From the NCBI GenBank assembly GCA_030674475.1, contig JAUSCZ010000032.1:1-62234 (forward strand): a stretch of DNA of 62,234 nt. Reading direction: 5' to 3'. A program made the position numbers and the translations under genes. Shown piece by piece: positions 1 through 8,156 of this stretch. Within the stretch, counting starts at the first letter, position 1; each line of letters starts with the position of its first letter. The DNA comes from Candidatus Omnitrophota bacterium (GTDB lineage: Bacteria > Omnitrophota > Gorgyraeia > Gygaellales > UBA12090). Under the pieces are notes generated by a model. The model ran no database searches and was not told where the DNA came from. It saw only the letters and a list, made by a program, of their open reading frames with translations.

Positions 1-44
1 CCCCACCCTTAAAAATGAGAAAAACAACTTAAACAAAATCATCT

Positions 45-521
45 TTAGTGATCCTTGCCATAAATCATATCTACCGCATGAACCAAGGTATCCAAAATTA
101 TCCCCAGGGATTCTCTTACCGCCTTGGCACTACCGGGGAGATTAATAATCAAAGTCCGGCCTCTTAGCCCGCAAATTGCCCGGGAAAGCATTGCCCGGCG
201 GCTGAATTTTAAAGACTCAAGACGAATTACTTCAGGAATCCCCGGAACTTCCTTATCCAAAACAGCCTTGGTTGCCTCCGGAGTAACATCCCGGGGGCTA
301 AAACCGGTTCCTCCGGTGGTCAAGATTAAATCCGCTTTTAGATTGTCGGAATACTCAACCAGCTTCTTCTTGATCAGCTCGGCCTCATCAGGGATAATCT
401 CATACTGGACTACCTCAAAAGAAATCCCCCGGATAAGCTCTTGAATAACCTTACCACTTATATCTTCCCTCTCCCCCTGGGAGCACCGATCGCTAATGGT
501 CAATACAGCCGCCTTATACAT
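45..521 (-). CDS. mog: MogA/MoaB-family molybdenum cofactor biosynthesis protein (molybdopterin adenylyltransferase-like)
   Basis: 158 aa. LTTGGTGFSPRDVTPEAT motif typical of the MogA/MoaB fold. Last gene of the moa cluster. Confidence 0.85.
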   Translation of the reverse strand: MYKAAVLTISDRCSQGEREDISGKVIQELIRGISFEVVQYEIIPDEAELIKKKLVEYSDNLKADLILTTGGTGFSPRDVTPEATKAVLDKEVPGIPEVIRLESLKFSRRAMLSRAICGLRGRTLIINLPGSAKAVRESLGIILDTLVHAVDMIYGKDH

Positions 522-984
522 TTATTATGCTATCCCCAGCCTTAATTTCCCCGCCCTTAATTACTTTGGCAAATATACCTTCCTTGGGCATTACGCAATC
601 ACCGGCCTGATAATAAATATTGCACCGGGTATGGCAGACTTTACCAATCTGAGAAAGCTCAAGGATTACCTCATCATTTATCTTCAGCCTATCGCCAATT
701 TTTAAACCTAATAAATCCAACCCCTCGGTGGTGATATTCTCGGCAAAATCCCCGGCTTTAACTTTCAGGCCTTTGGCTTTCATCTTCTCAATTGACTCCT
801 GCGCCAAGAGGCTCACCTGCCGGTTTTTGGTGCCGGCATGGGCGTCCCCCACAATTCCAAAATCCTCTTCTAATACCGCGGAATTTACATTTGTTTTTCT
901 AACCCCTTTTTTGTCCGAGACAGAGATTGCCAATATTCTGCCTCTCTGGTTACTGGTTACTGGTTTCTGGTTACTTTCTGACAT
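514..984 (-). CDS. MOSC domain-containing protein
   Basis: 156 aa, MOSC-like sequence (GDAHAG, RQVSLL, conserved Cys near the C-terminus). Overlaps moaC and mog. Its N-terminus is encoded by a CTGGTTA heptamer tract. Confidence 0.7.
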   Translation of the reverse strand: MSESNQKPVTSNQRGRILAISVSDKKGVRKTNVNSAVLEEDFGIVGDAHAGTKNRQVSLLAQESIEKMKAKGLKVKAGDFAENITTEGLDLLGLKIGDRLKINDEVILELSQIGKVCHTRCNIYYQAGDCVMPKEGIFAKVIKGGEIKAGDSIINV

Positions 985-1405
985 ACGTTCCGCTCTTGCC
1001 GCCGGTTTTCTTGATCAGCCTAATCCGCGATATCTCCATATCCTTATCCAGAGGCTTGCACATATCGTATATAGTCAATGCCGCGGCGGTAACCGCGCTG
1101 AGCGCCTCCATCTCAAAGCCGGTCTTAGCGCTTCCTTTGATGGCCGAAACTATTCTTATCTTATCTTTTTCTAAATAAAACTCGAGCTCCGCGGACTCTA
1201 TCGGAATGGGATGGCACAGGGGAATGATTTCCGGGGTCTTCTTGGCCGCGAATATCCCGGCAATCTTAGCCGCCTCCAGGACATCACCTTTGGGTATTTT
1301 TTTTTCCTGGATTAACCCGATTACTTCAGATTTTAGATAAATTTCCCCTTCGGCAATTGCTTCTCTTTCCGTTATTTTCTTGGCTGAAACATCTATCATT
1401 TTCAT
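971..1405 (-). CDS. moaC: Cyclic pyranopterin monophosphate synthase MoaC
   Basis: 144 aa with IPLCHPIP and GFEMEALSAV motifs characteristic of MoaC. Confidence 0.9.
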   Translation of the reverse strand: MKMIDVSAKKITEREAIAEGEIYLKSEVIGLIQEKKIPKGDVLEAAKIAGIFAAKKTPEIIPLCHPIPIESAELEFYLEKDKIRIVSAIKGSAKTGFEMEALSAVTAAALTIYDMCKPLDKDMEISRIRLIKKTGGKSGTYVRK

Positions 1406-1422
1406 AGCTTACTGTCCTTCTC

Positions 1423-2127
1423 TCATTTTATCGCGATATGCACTGCCGCGACGCCAAAGCTAAAGAGCATAAAATCAATTTTTTTAAATCCCGCGCGATA
1501 CATAACTCCGGCTAAGTCTTCCGCGCTGAAAAAGCGCGGGATTGTCCACGCGAGATAGCCGTAAGCCGTTTTTGAGCCGGAAATCAGATATCCAATAGGC
1601 TTGACCATCAGCCATATGTAAAAATGAACCAGCTTTCTCAACAAGGCTAGTTTTGGCTGGCTAGTTTCCAGATTAATAAACCGGCCTCCCGGTTTCAGGA
1701 CCCGGCGGAATTCGCGAAAACGTTGAAGCAATATATCCTGACTGCTATTAAGGTTACGGGTAGCAAAGGCGATAGTAATAACATCAAAGGTATTATCCGC
1801 GAAAGGCAGGCTTCCGGCGTCAGAAACACAAAAAGAAATCCTGGAATATTCAGGCTTTTTAACTGCCTGAGCAAGCATAGGAAAGCAAAAGTCTACGCCA
1901 ATAATCTTTACGCGCGGTTTAGCCGCCCTGGCCAAAGCACCCGCCATATCTCCGGTGCCGCTACAAATATCCAGCCACTTTTCGCCGCCGCCTTGAGATG
2001 CTATTTTTGCCGCGTTTTCGCGCCAGGAAACATCCAGGCCTAAGGTCAGGATACGATTTATCAAATCATACGTTTTAGGAATACGCGAAAATATATCCTG
2101 AATTATATTATCCGTATTTTGACTCAT
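1423..2127 (-). CDS. ubiE: UbiE/MenG-type demethylmenaquinone/ubiquinone C-methyltransferase
   Basis: 234 aa. N-terminal YDLINR..LGLD..WR signature and SAM motif LDICSGTGD. Confidence 0.8.
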   Translation of the reverse strand: MSQNTDNIIQDIFSRIPKTYDLINRILTLGLDVSWRENAAKIASQGGGEKWLDICSGTGDMAGALARAAKPRVKIIGVDFCFPMLAQAVKKPEYSRISFCVSDAGSLPFADNTFDVITIAFATRNLNSSQDILLQRFREFRRVLKPGGRFINLETSQPKLALLRKLVHFYIWLMVKPIGYLISGSKTAYGYLAWTIPRFFSAEDLAGVMYRAGFKKIDFMLFSFGVAAVHIAIK

Positions 2128-2463
2128 TTACCCGCGCTTTGACGCCTTAAGGCCTTTTAACACATCATTAATCCAGGATAACGCGGCTATTGCCGAAGGC
2201 CAGCCGATAGTCGTGATACCCAGAAGAGCGCAGTGATATATTTCATCATCACTGATACCGGCCTTCTTACACTTACGGGTATGCGAATGCACTGCCCCTT
2301 CCATCTTTGAGCCAATGGCAATGCCCAGTTTCACCAGACGCTGATTGCGTTCATCCAATCCTTTAACTGAACTCACAGCCTTACCTAAGCCTTCATAACT
2401 TTCCCAAAGGCCCGGATATTTATTAATTACTTCTTGTAAAAATTCAGGCAGCTCTTTATTCAT
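2128..2463 (-). CDS. Carboxymuconolactone decarboxylase (AhpD-like) family protein
   Basis: The track ORF runs to 2520. An internal ATG at 2463 has a GGAGGA RBS 5 nt upstream and follows the moaA stop (TAAGATG), so it is the likelier start. CMD-family assignment is from overall sequence character. Confidence 0.6.
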   Translation of the reverse strand: MNKELPEFLQEVINKYPGLWESYEGLGKAVSSVKGLDERNQRLVKLGIAIGSKMEGAVHSHTRKCKKAGISDDEIYHCALLGITTIGWPSAIAALSWINDVLKGLKASKRG

Positions 2464-2464
2464 C

Positions 2465-3454
2465 TTATCCTCCAATCTGGCACATGCTGAAATTGTCCTT
2501 TTCAAAACCAAATTCATCAAGATTATCTTTCTCCCTAAGATTATGCGAATGCGGCTTCAAAAACACCGCCTCTCTTATCAGAGAAGCTGTCTTTTCCTCG
2601 CTCACTTCTACTGCCTCCCTTAAATTAACTGTTTTCGCGGAATGTAAGCACACCCTCAATCTACCATCAGAGGTGAGCCTTAGCTTATTACACGAGGCGC
2701 AAAACGGCTGACTGATAGGCGAAATAAAGCCTACAGTTCCCCAAAATCCTTTAATCCTGAAAATTCTAGCGGCTTCTATCTTTCTACTGTCTACGGGGGC
2801 AAGCTCTCCCAGACTGCTACAGATGGTTTTCGCGGTTTGGGCACTGAAGAAACTCTTATCATAAGAAAAATAATTTGTTGCCGTAGGCATATATTCAATA
2901 AACCTCACCTGAAGCGGTTTTGTTTTTGTCAAAGAAGCGAAATCAAGGACTTCATCGCTGTTAAAATCCTTCAGCAGGACGACATTGATTTTAAGCGCTG
3001 ACAATCCCTCCGCCAGCGCGGTATCAATGCCTTTAAGCACCGCGTCTAAACTTCCGCCGCGGGTTATCTCCTGGAATCGGCTTGAGTTCAAACTATCTAA
3101 ACTAACATTAATCCTATCCAATCCCGCGCTCTTGAGGTCGGCGGCGTATTCACTAAGGTATATGCCGTTGGTAGTGAGGCAAATTTCCTTCAAACCGTCT
3201 ATTACCCTTAGCTTGCGGATAAGCAGCGGCAAATCTTTTCTTACTAACGGCTCGCCCCCGGTAATCCTGACTTTTTCAATACCTAAGCCTATTGCCGCTT
3301 TAACAATTTTATAAATCTGCTCAAAAGATAAAATATCCGCGGGCTGTTTATGAACAATGCCTTGCTCCGGCATACAATAGACACAACGCAAGTTACATCT
3401 ATCAGTAACAGAAACGCGTAAATAATTTATTTTACGGTTAAATTTATCTATCAT
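2465..3454 (-). CDS. moaA: GTP 3',8-cyclase MoaA (radical SAM)
   Basis: 329 aa. CNLRCVYCMP radical-SAM cluster motif and a C-terminal second cluster (CASCNKLRLTSDGRLRVC). Confidence 0.92.
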   Translation of the reverse strand: MIDKFNRKINYLRVSVTDRCNLRCVYCMPEQGIVHKQPADILSFEQIYKIVKAAIGLGIEKVRITGGEPLVRKDLPLLIRKLRVIDGLKEICLTTNGIYLSEYAADLKSAGLDRINVSLDSLNSSRFQEITRGGSLDAVLKGIDTALAEGLSALKINVVLLKDFNSDEVLDFASLTKTKPLQVRFIEYMPTATNYFSYDKSFFSAQTAKTICSSLGELAPVDSRKIEAARIFRIKGFWGTVGFISPISQPFCASCNKLRLTSDGRLRVCLHSAKTVNLREAVEVSEEKTASLIREAVFLKPHSHNLREKDNLDEFGFEKDNFSMCQIGG

Positions 3455-3500
3455 TATCTTTTACCCAATTCCAATGCGGGTTTGGAACGGGTTTTCTAAA

Positions 3501-3540
3501 CAAAAAACCAACTTCCCGTATATTTGGAAAAGTTGGCTTA
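3501..3540 (-). terminator. Intrinsic terminator acting as the expression platform of the Moco riboswitch
   Basis: Minus-strand RNA GCCAACUUUUCC-AAAUAUAC-GGGAAGUUGG followed by UUUUUU, located between the aptamer and the moaA ATG. Its 5' arm (UUUUCCAA) can alternatively pair with the aptamer 3' strand (UUGGAAA). Confidence 0.7.
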
Positions 3541-3547
3541 AGTCTTA

Positions 3548-3695
3548 AGCTTACTCCTTTCCAAAAACAAGGGAGGCAGAGTCATTTCTTTCTCTACCCT
3601 TCTATTCTCTTTAAAGAATAGTTTCCCGCCCAGGGGAATCGGCCTTTAAGCCATATCAACTTTTGACTCTAGGCTTAAAGGCTCGGAGTATTTTT
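3548..3695 (-). promoter_or_regulatory. Molybdenum cofactor (Moco) riboswitch aptamer
   Basis: Minus strand reads CUCCGAGCCUUUAAGCC...GGCUUAAAGGCC...CCUGGGCGGGAAAC...GAAAUGACUCUGCCUCCC...UGGAAAGGAG. The 3' block closely matches my recollection of the E. coli moaA leader (GAAAUGACUUCGCCUCCC...UGGAAAGG). It lies directly upstream of moaA. Confidence 0.85.
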
Positions 3696-3701
3696 ACTAT
3701 A

Positions 3702-4178
3702 TCACAGAGTAACCACTAAATCAATTTTATTTATTATCTCTCTTGCTGATGGCTTAAAGACCGAATTCTTGTTTTTAACGAATAACGCCAAATCGGGCTT
3801 TAGGTGCTTAAGGACACTGTTGCTTTCAATAATCAAGCCTTTTGCCTTTTTGAACAAGGGAATAGCTTCTTTCAAGCCCTCCCCCAGAGCTTGCGGCCTT
3901 GATTTAAGCCAAAGCACCTTTTGAGCGCCGGCTCCTTTAAACCGCGCGGTGTCTTTACCTTTAGTTTCAATAATTTTCTTATTGCTTATAATTGAAAAAT
4001 CATCCTTTAATTCATCGCAAGCACGGCAATCGTTTTCCTTATGTACTGGGCATTTTCCCGCGCGATGGGTAACCGTAACCTTAAGCGCGGACCAGCCTTT
4101 ACACAAGCGCAGCAATATCTCAACCACCTTGGTTTTTCCCACCCCGCTCTGCGCGCCGGAAACCGTAATAATCCGCAT
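3702..4178 (-). CDS. P-loop NTPase, MobB-like (molybdopterin-guanine dinucleotide biosynthesis adapter)
   Basis: 158 aa with N-terminal P-loop SGAQSGVGKT. Small size and position after the fdh genes in a mobA-containing operon fit MobB. Contains an extra Cys cluster (CPVHKENDCRAC). Confidence 0.5.
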   Translation of the reverse strand: MRIITVSGAQSGVGKTKVVEILLRLCKGWSALKVTVTHRAGKCPVHKENDCRACDELKDDFSIISNKKIIETKGKDTARFKGAGAQKVLWLKSRPQALGEGLKEAIPLFKKAKGLIIESNSVLKHLKPDLALFVKNKNSVFKPSAREIINKIDLVVTL

Positions 4179-5005
4179 TAACTTTCAATCCCCAGCTTCT
4201 TCATTTCGGCATAAGAAAAGTTCGGGCCGTCGGTGCAGACATATTTCCCTTTTACATAACAATGGCCACATTTACCGATACCGCATTTCATATAGCGTTC
4301 AAGCGAGGCATAGATATTTTGCTCTTTAAATCCTAACTTCACTATATCCCTAATAGCAAATTTAACCATTACTGACGGCCCGCATAAAAATACCATTGTC
4401 GTCTTAGGATTAACCTTGATTTTCGGCAGTAATACGCAGACAACCCCACAAGCCCCGGCCCAGGCCGCGTCAGGCTCATCCACGGTAAGATGCACAGCGC
4501 TGTTTTTACTCTGTCCCCATGCCTTTACTTCATCCTTATAAAATATGTCTTTTGGCGCGCGGCAACCGTAGATAACCTCAACCATGCCATAGTTTTTTTT
4601 GTTTTTTAGTACATACTGAATCAGCGAACGCAAAGGGGCGATTCCGCAACCGCCGGCAATAAACAGAATGTCCTTCTTTTTCAACTTCTCCAGCGCAAAC
4701 CAATTGCCATAAGGTCCGCGCACCCCAACAACATCTTTTTCTTTCAGCTTGTGCAAAGCCTCCGTAAGCGAGCCCACCCTCCTCACCGAGATTTCAAATC
4801 GCCCATCCTTTCTTGGGGCTGAGGCAAAGGTAAACGGCGCCTCGCCATACCCCGGCAAGGACAACATCAAAAACTGCCCCGGCTTATAGCTTAATTTACC
4901 TTTATCAACAAGCCTCAAGGTAAAGGTTTTGGTATCCGCGGACTCCTCAATAATACGCTCAATTACTGCCTTTTCAGGCAGATATTCATTTCTTGTCTTT
5001 GCCAT
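4178..5005 (-). CDS. FAD/NAD(P)-binding oxidoreductase subunit with C-terminal 2Fe-2S site (sulfhydrogenase gamma / AsrB-like)
   Basis: 275 aa. Ferredoxin-reductase-type layout (GQFLMLSLPG, IAGGCGIAP) and C-terminal CGIGKCGHCYV...C cluster motif. Confidence 0.75.
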   Translation of the reverse strand: MAKTRNEYLPEKAVIERIIEESADTKTFTLRLVDKGKLSYKPGQFLMLSLPGYGEAPFTFASAPRKDGRFEISVRRVGSLTEALHKLKEKDVVGVRGPYGNWFALEKLKKKDILFIAGGCGIAPLRSLIQYVLKNKKNYGMVEVIYGCRAPKDIFYKDEVKAWGQSKNSAVHLTVDEPDAAWAGACGVVCVLLPKIKVNPKTTMVFLCGPSVMVKFAIRDIVKLGFKEQNIYASLERYMKCGIGKCGHCYVKGKYVCTDGPNFSYAEMKKLGIES

Positions 5006-5016
5006 AAACTCTTCCG

Positions 5017-6051
5017 TTATGAACCATCAACTGCCTGTTCAATAAACTTCCTTATGCTGATATTGCCCGGACAGGTTTGGATACAGCGGCCGCAGCCGAC
5101 ACAGCTGGAAACACCGTAGCGCTGGGTATCAATATTCAGTTTATGCTCAAAGAACCGGCGGATGTGGTCTTTATGTTCCGGAAAAGGCGTGCTGCCGCCG
5201 GCCATCCGGGTGAACCCGGCATAGACACAACCGTCGCAATACCTAAAACGCGAACCTTGAGCACCGCTTAATCTGTCTTGAATGCTAAAGCAGCTACAGG
5301 TTGGGCATAAGGTTACGCACCCGGAACAGACTACACAGCGCTGGCCAATATCGTCCCAGATAGATTCTTGGACTTTATTTTCCCGCATTATCCTGGCCAG
5401 CCTTTTATAATTTATTCTCTTCTTTCCCTTGGTAAAATTTAGCGACAAGGTTCTAACCTCTTTTTCATCTTCAGGCTTGGCCTTAGAAAATAACTTTTTA
5501 TGCTTACGAATTACCTGACTCCCCTTTTTTGAACCAATCTCAACCAGAAATCCCCGGTTTAAAGGAGTTAGCTGCAAATCAAACCCTTCTTTGGCAAAAG
5601 GCCCGGAGCCCATCTCAAAACAAAATGACTCCGGCGAACATTTCTTAATACAACTCAGGGTAATAAATACCGAATTCCTGAATTTTTCTTTATAGGGTTT
5701 ATCCTCAAACTCCCCGCCGATAAAAAACTCCTCCATCAGTTTTAAGGCCTTAATATCGCAAGGCCGCACCCCGTAAAATATCCGTTTCTTCTTATCCTCC
5801 ACTGCTATGAATTCACTGTTTTTCGCTGATTTTATCTCAAAAAGCTCCTCGGTCTGGGGCAGTAAAAATGCCCGCGGAGAAATAACCGAATTCCCCTCAT
5901 AATTCAAAAGCTCTCTACCGTCGGCCTTGGTATCGCCCAAAACAATATCATCCAAATGCTCATATCGGGGCGCGATAAATTCAGCGCAGTCTTTCTTGAG
6001 ACTCGCGATAAGAACTTTTAGATTTTCTTTGGTAATAAATAATTTTTCCAT
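5017..6051 (-). CDS. 4Fe-4S dicluster subunit (sulfhydrogenase beta / AsrA-like)
   Basis: 344 aa. Two ferredoxin-type Cys clusters (CVVCSGCVTLCPTCSC and CVGCGRCIQTCP) in the C-terminal third. Confidence 0.7.
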   Translation of the reverse strand: MEKLFITKENLKVLIASLKKDCAEFIAPRYEHLDDIVLGDTKADGRELLNYEGNSVISPRAFLLPQTEELFEIKSAKNSEFIAVEDKKKRIFYGVRPCDIKALKLMEEFFIGGEFEDKPYKEKFRNSVFITLSCIKKCSPESFCFEMGSGPFAKEGFDLQLTPLNRGFLVEIGSKKGSQVIRKHKKLFSKAKPEDEKEVRTLSLNFTKGKKRINYKRLARIMRENKVQESIWDDIGQRCVVCSGCVTLCPTCSCFSIQDRLSGAQGSRFRYCDGCVYAGFTRMAGGSTPFPEHKDHIRRFFEHKLNIDTQRYGVSSCVGCGRCIQTCPGNISIRKFIEQAVDGS

Positions 6052-6064
6052 TAGCTATAAACTA

Positions 6065-6084
6065 TTCCCGCAAAGCGGGATCCC
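6065..6084. repeat. Small palindromic (REP-like) element, TTCCCGC-AAAG-CGGGA family, copy 1
   Basis: ttcccgcaaagcgggatccc hairpin in the fdhA / beta-subunit spacer. A second overlapping hairpin is tcccgcc...ggcggga. Confidence 0.6.
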
Positions 6085-6125
6085 GCCTCTAATTTAATCG
6101 CTGGGCGGGAAAACCATTAACTATC

Positions 6126-8156
6126 TCAGCTATTTACTTTTTCCACCCTCGCCGCGCAGGCCTTGTATTCGCCTATCCGGCAGACCGGGTCAAAGGCGTT
6201 GTTGGTTAAGACATTGGTCGGCGCTTCGCTGAAATGAAAAGGCATCCAGATTACCCCGGCCTTAATCTTATCCGTAACTTCCGCGGACACCTCCAATTCT
6301 CCCCTGCGCGTTTTCACCCGAACCCTTAACTTATTTTTTATCCCTAACCTTTGGGCGTCAGTCGAGTTTATCTGGACAAAGTTTCGCGGGTATTCCCTAT
6401 TGAGATTCGCGGTCCTACGGGTCATGGTGCCGGTATTATAGTGAAAAAGCATCCTGCCGGTGGTCAGGATAAAAGGATACTCACCATCAGGGATTTCCGC
6501 GGGCGGTTTATGTTTGACCGGAATTAATTTTCCCAGGCCCCGGATAAATTTCTCTAAGTGCACCACCGGCGTCCCGGGATGCTCCTTAGAATGCACCGGC
6601 CATTGCAAGCCATTGTCTTCTAATCTATCAAAACTTACTCCGGAGAAAAGCGGAGTCAAGGAAGCCATTTCATCGCAGACTTTAGACGGATTATCTTCCA
6701 TCGCGTAACCCAAACGTTTGGCAATTTCACAGATAATTTCACCATCGGTTTTTCCGGCAATCGGCTCTATGGCCTTTCTTACCCGCTGGAACCTACGCTC
6801 AGCACAGGTAAAGGTACCTTCTTTCTCAGCGAAAGAAGCCCCGGGCAAAACTACATCCGCTTTTTTAGCGGTATCGCTCATAAATATTTCCTGAACCACC
6901 AAAAACTCTAAACTGTCTAAAGCCTTCTCAATCCAATGGCTGTTGGGATCAGTGCGGATTTGATCCTCACCGATTATGTAGAAACATTTAAGCTTACCCT
7001 CTATGGCCTTATACATCATATCGGTCAGGGTAAGGCCTTTTTCTTTTGGCAAACTCACTCCCCAGGCCTTCTCAAACTTCTTACGCGCGGTTTCATCGGT
7101 AACCGGCTGATACCCGGAATAGACATTCGGCAGGGCCCCAATATCACAGGCGCCCTGGACATTGTTTTGCCCGCGCATCGGGTATATCCCGGAGAATTCC
7201 TTGCCCACCTGGCCGCAGACCATTGCCAAATTAGCCATAGCAATCACATTATCCGTGCCTACGGTATGCTCGGTCATCCCCAGAGAATACATTATGCAGG
7301 CTTTCTTACTGACGGCATAAAGCTGGGCCGCTTTCTTGATAAGCGCCGGTTCAACCCCGGTAATATCCTTTACTGATTCCGGGGAACAATCCTTCACTGC
7401 CTCCCAAAGCTCATTAAAACCTTCTGTCCGTTGTTGAATAAATTCTTTATCGTGTAAATTTTCCGTAACAATATAATTTATCATCGCGTTGATCAGGGCA
7501 ATATCTGATCCCGGAAATTGCTGAATAAAAACACTGGCATCCTCGGCAGGTAAAATCTTCCGGGGGTCGCAAACGATAATCTTCGCGCCGTTATCTATAG
7601 CCGTGCGCACCCGCCAGCCGGCTATGGGATGGGCCTCGGTAGGATTTGAGCCGATAATCAGAATACAATCCATAAATGGAAGCTCATCATAGGAATTGGT
7701 GCTGGCCCCGGAGCCAAAGGACTGGTTTAAACCGGATACGGTTGCCGAATGGCAGGTGCGGGCACAGTGGTCAACATTATTAGTGCCTAAAACCGCCCGG
7801 GCGAACTTCATCATCAGGAAATTCTCTTCATTGGTACAGCGGGCCGAGGTGCAGACTGCCAGAGAATCCGGGCCGTATTTATCTTTTATCTCTTTTAATC
7901 GTCCGGCGACATAATCCAGGGCAAAATCCCAGGAGACTTCCTTAAATTTGCCGTTTTCTTTAATCAAGGGTTTCTTCAGCCGATCCGGATGCTGTATGGG
8001 TTCGTGGGCGTGCCAACCCTTAACACAGAGCCGGCCCTGGGAAACGGAATTGGACTTGGAAGGAATAATACCGACAATTCGGCTATCCCGGACATCAAGG
8101 TAGAAATTACACCCTACCCCGCAATAAGGACAAGTGGTTAAAACTCTTTTCATCAT
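6126..8156 (-). CDS. fdhA: Formate dehydrogenase catalytic subunit (molybdopterin oxidoreductase, Cys type, cytoplasmic)
   Basis: 676 aa. N-terminal 4Fe-4S motif CPYCGVGC..CVKGW. Active-site block NNVDHCARTCHSATVSGL corresponds to E. coli FdhH CARVUHGPSV, with Cys (TGC, 7752-7754) in place of Sec. No twin-arginine signal. Confidence 0.9.
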   Translation of the reverse strand: MMKRVLTTCPYCGVGCNFYLDVRDSRIVGIIPSKSNSVSQGRLCVKGWHAHEPIQHPDRLKKPLIKENGKFKEVSWDFALDYVAGRLKEIKDKYGPDSLAVCTSARCTNEENFLMMKFARAVLGTNNVDHCARTCHSATVSGLNQSFGSGASTNSYDELPFMDCILIIGSNPTEAHPIAGWRVRTAIDNGAKIIVCDPRKILPAEDASVFIQQFPGSDIALINAMINYIVTENLHDKEFIQQRTEGFNELWEAVKDCSPESVKDITGVEPALIKKAAQLYAVSKKACIMYSLGMTEHTVGTDNVIAMANLAMVCGQVGKEFSGIYPMRGQNNVQGACDIGALPNVYSGYQPVTDETARKKFEKAWGVSLPKEKGLTLTDMMYKAIEGKLKCFYIIGEDQIRTDPNSHWIEKALDSLEFLVVQEIFMSDTAKKADVVLPGASFAEKEGTFTCAERRFQRVRKAIEPIAGKTDGEIICEIAKRLGYAMEDNPSKVCDEMASLTPLFSGVSFDRLEDNGLQWPVHSKEHPGTPVVHLEKFIRGLGKLIPVKHKPPAEIPDGEYPFILTTGRMLFHYNTGTMTRRTANLNREYPRNFVQINSTDAQRLGIKNKLRVRVKTRRGELEVSAEVTDKIKAGVIWMPFHFSEAPTNVLTNNAFDPVCRIGEYKACAARVEKVNS

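Noticed and set aside
7752-7754. Possible selenocysteine (TGA recoding) in the formate dehydrogenase active site.
   Set aside because: The codon aligned to the Sec position (CARTCHSAT vs CARVUHGPS) is TGC (Cys). There is no in-frame TGA and no need for a SECIS element.
8100-8156. Tat signal peptide on FdhA, suggested by the adjacent tatA-tatC genes.
   Set aside because: - The N-terminus MMKRVLTTCPYCGVGC goes straight into the Fe-S motif. There is no RRxFLK motif and no hydrophobic h-region.
- The enzyme is predicted to be cytoplasmic, so the adjacency to tatAC is probably just operon packing.
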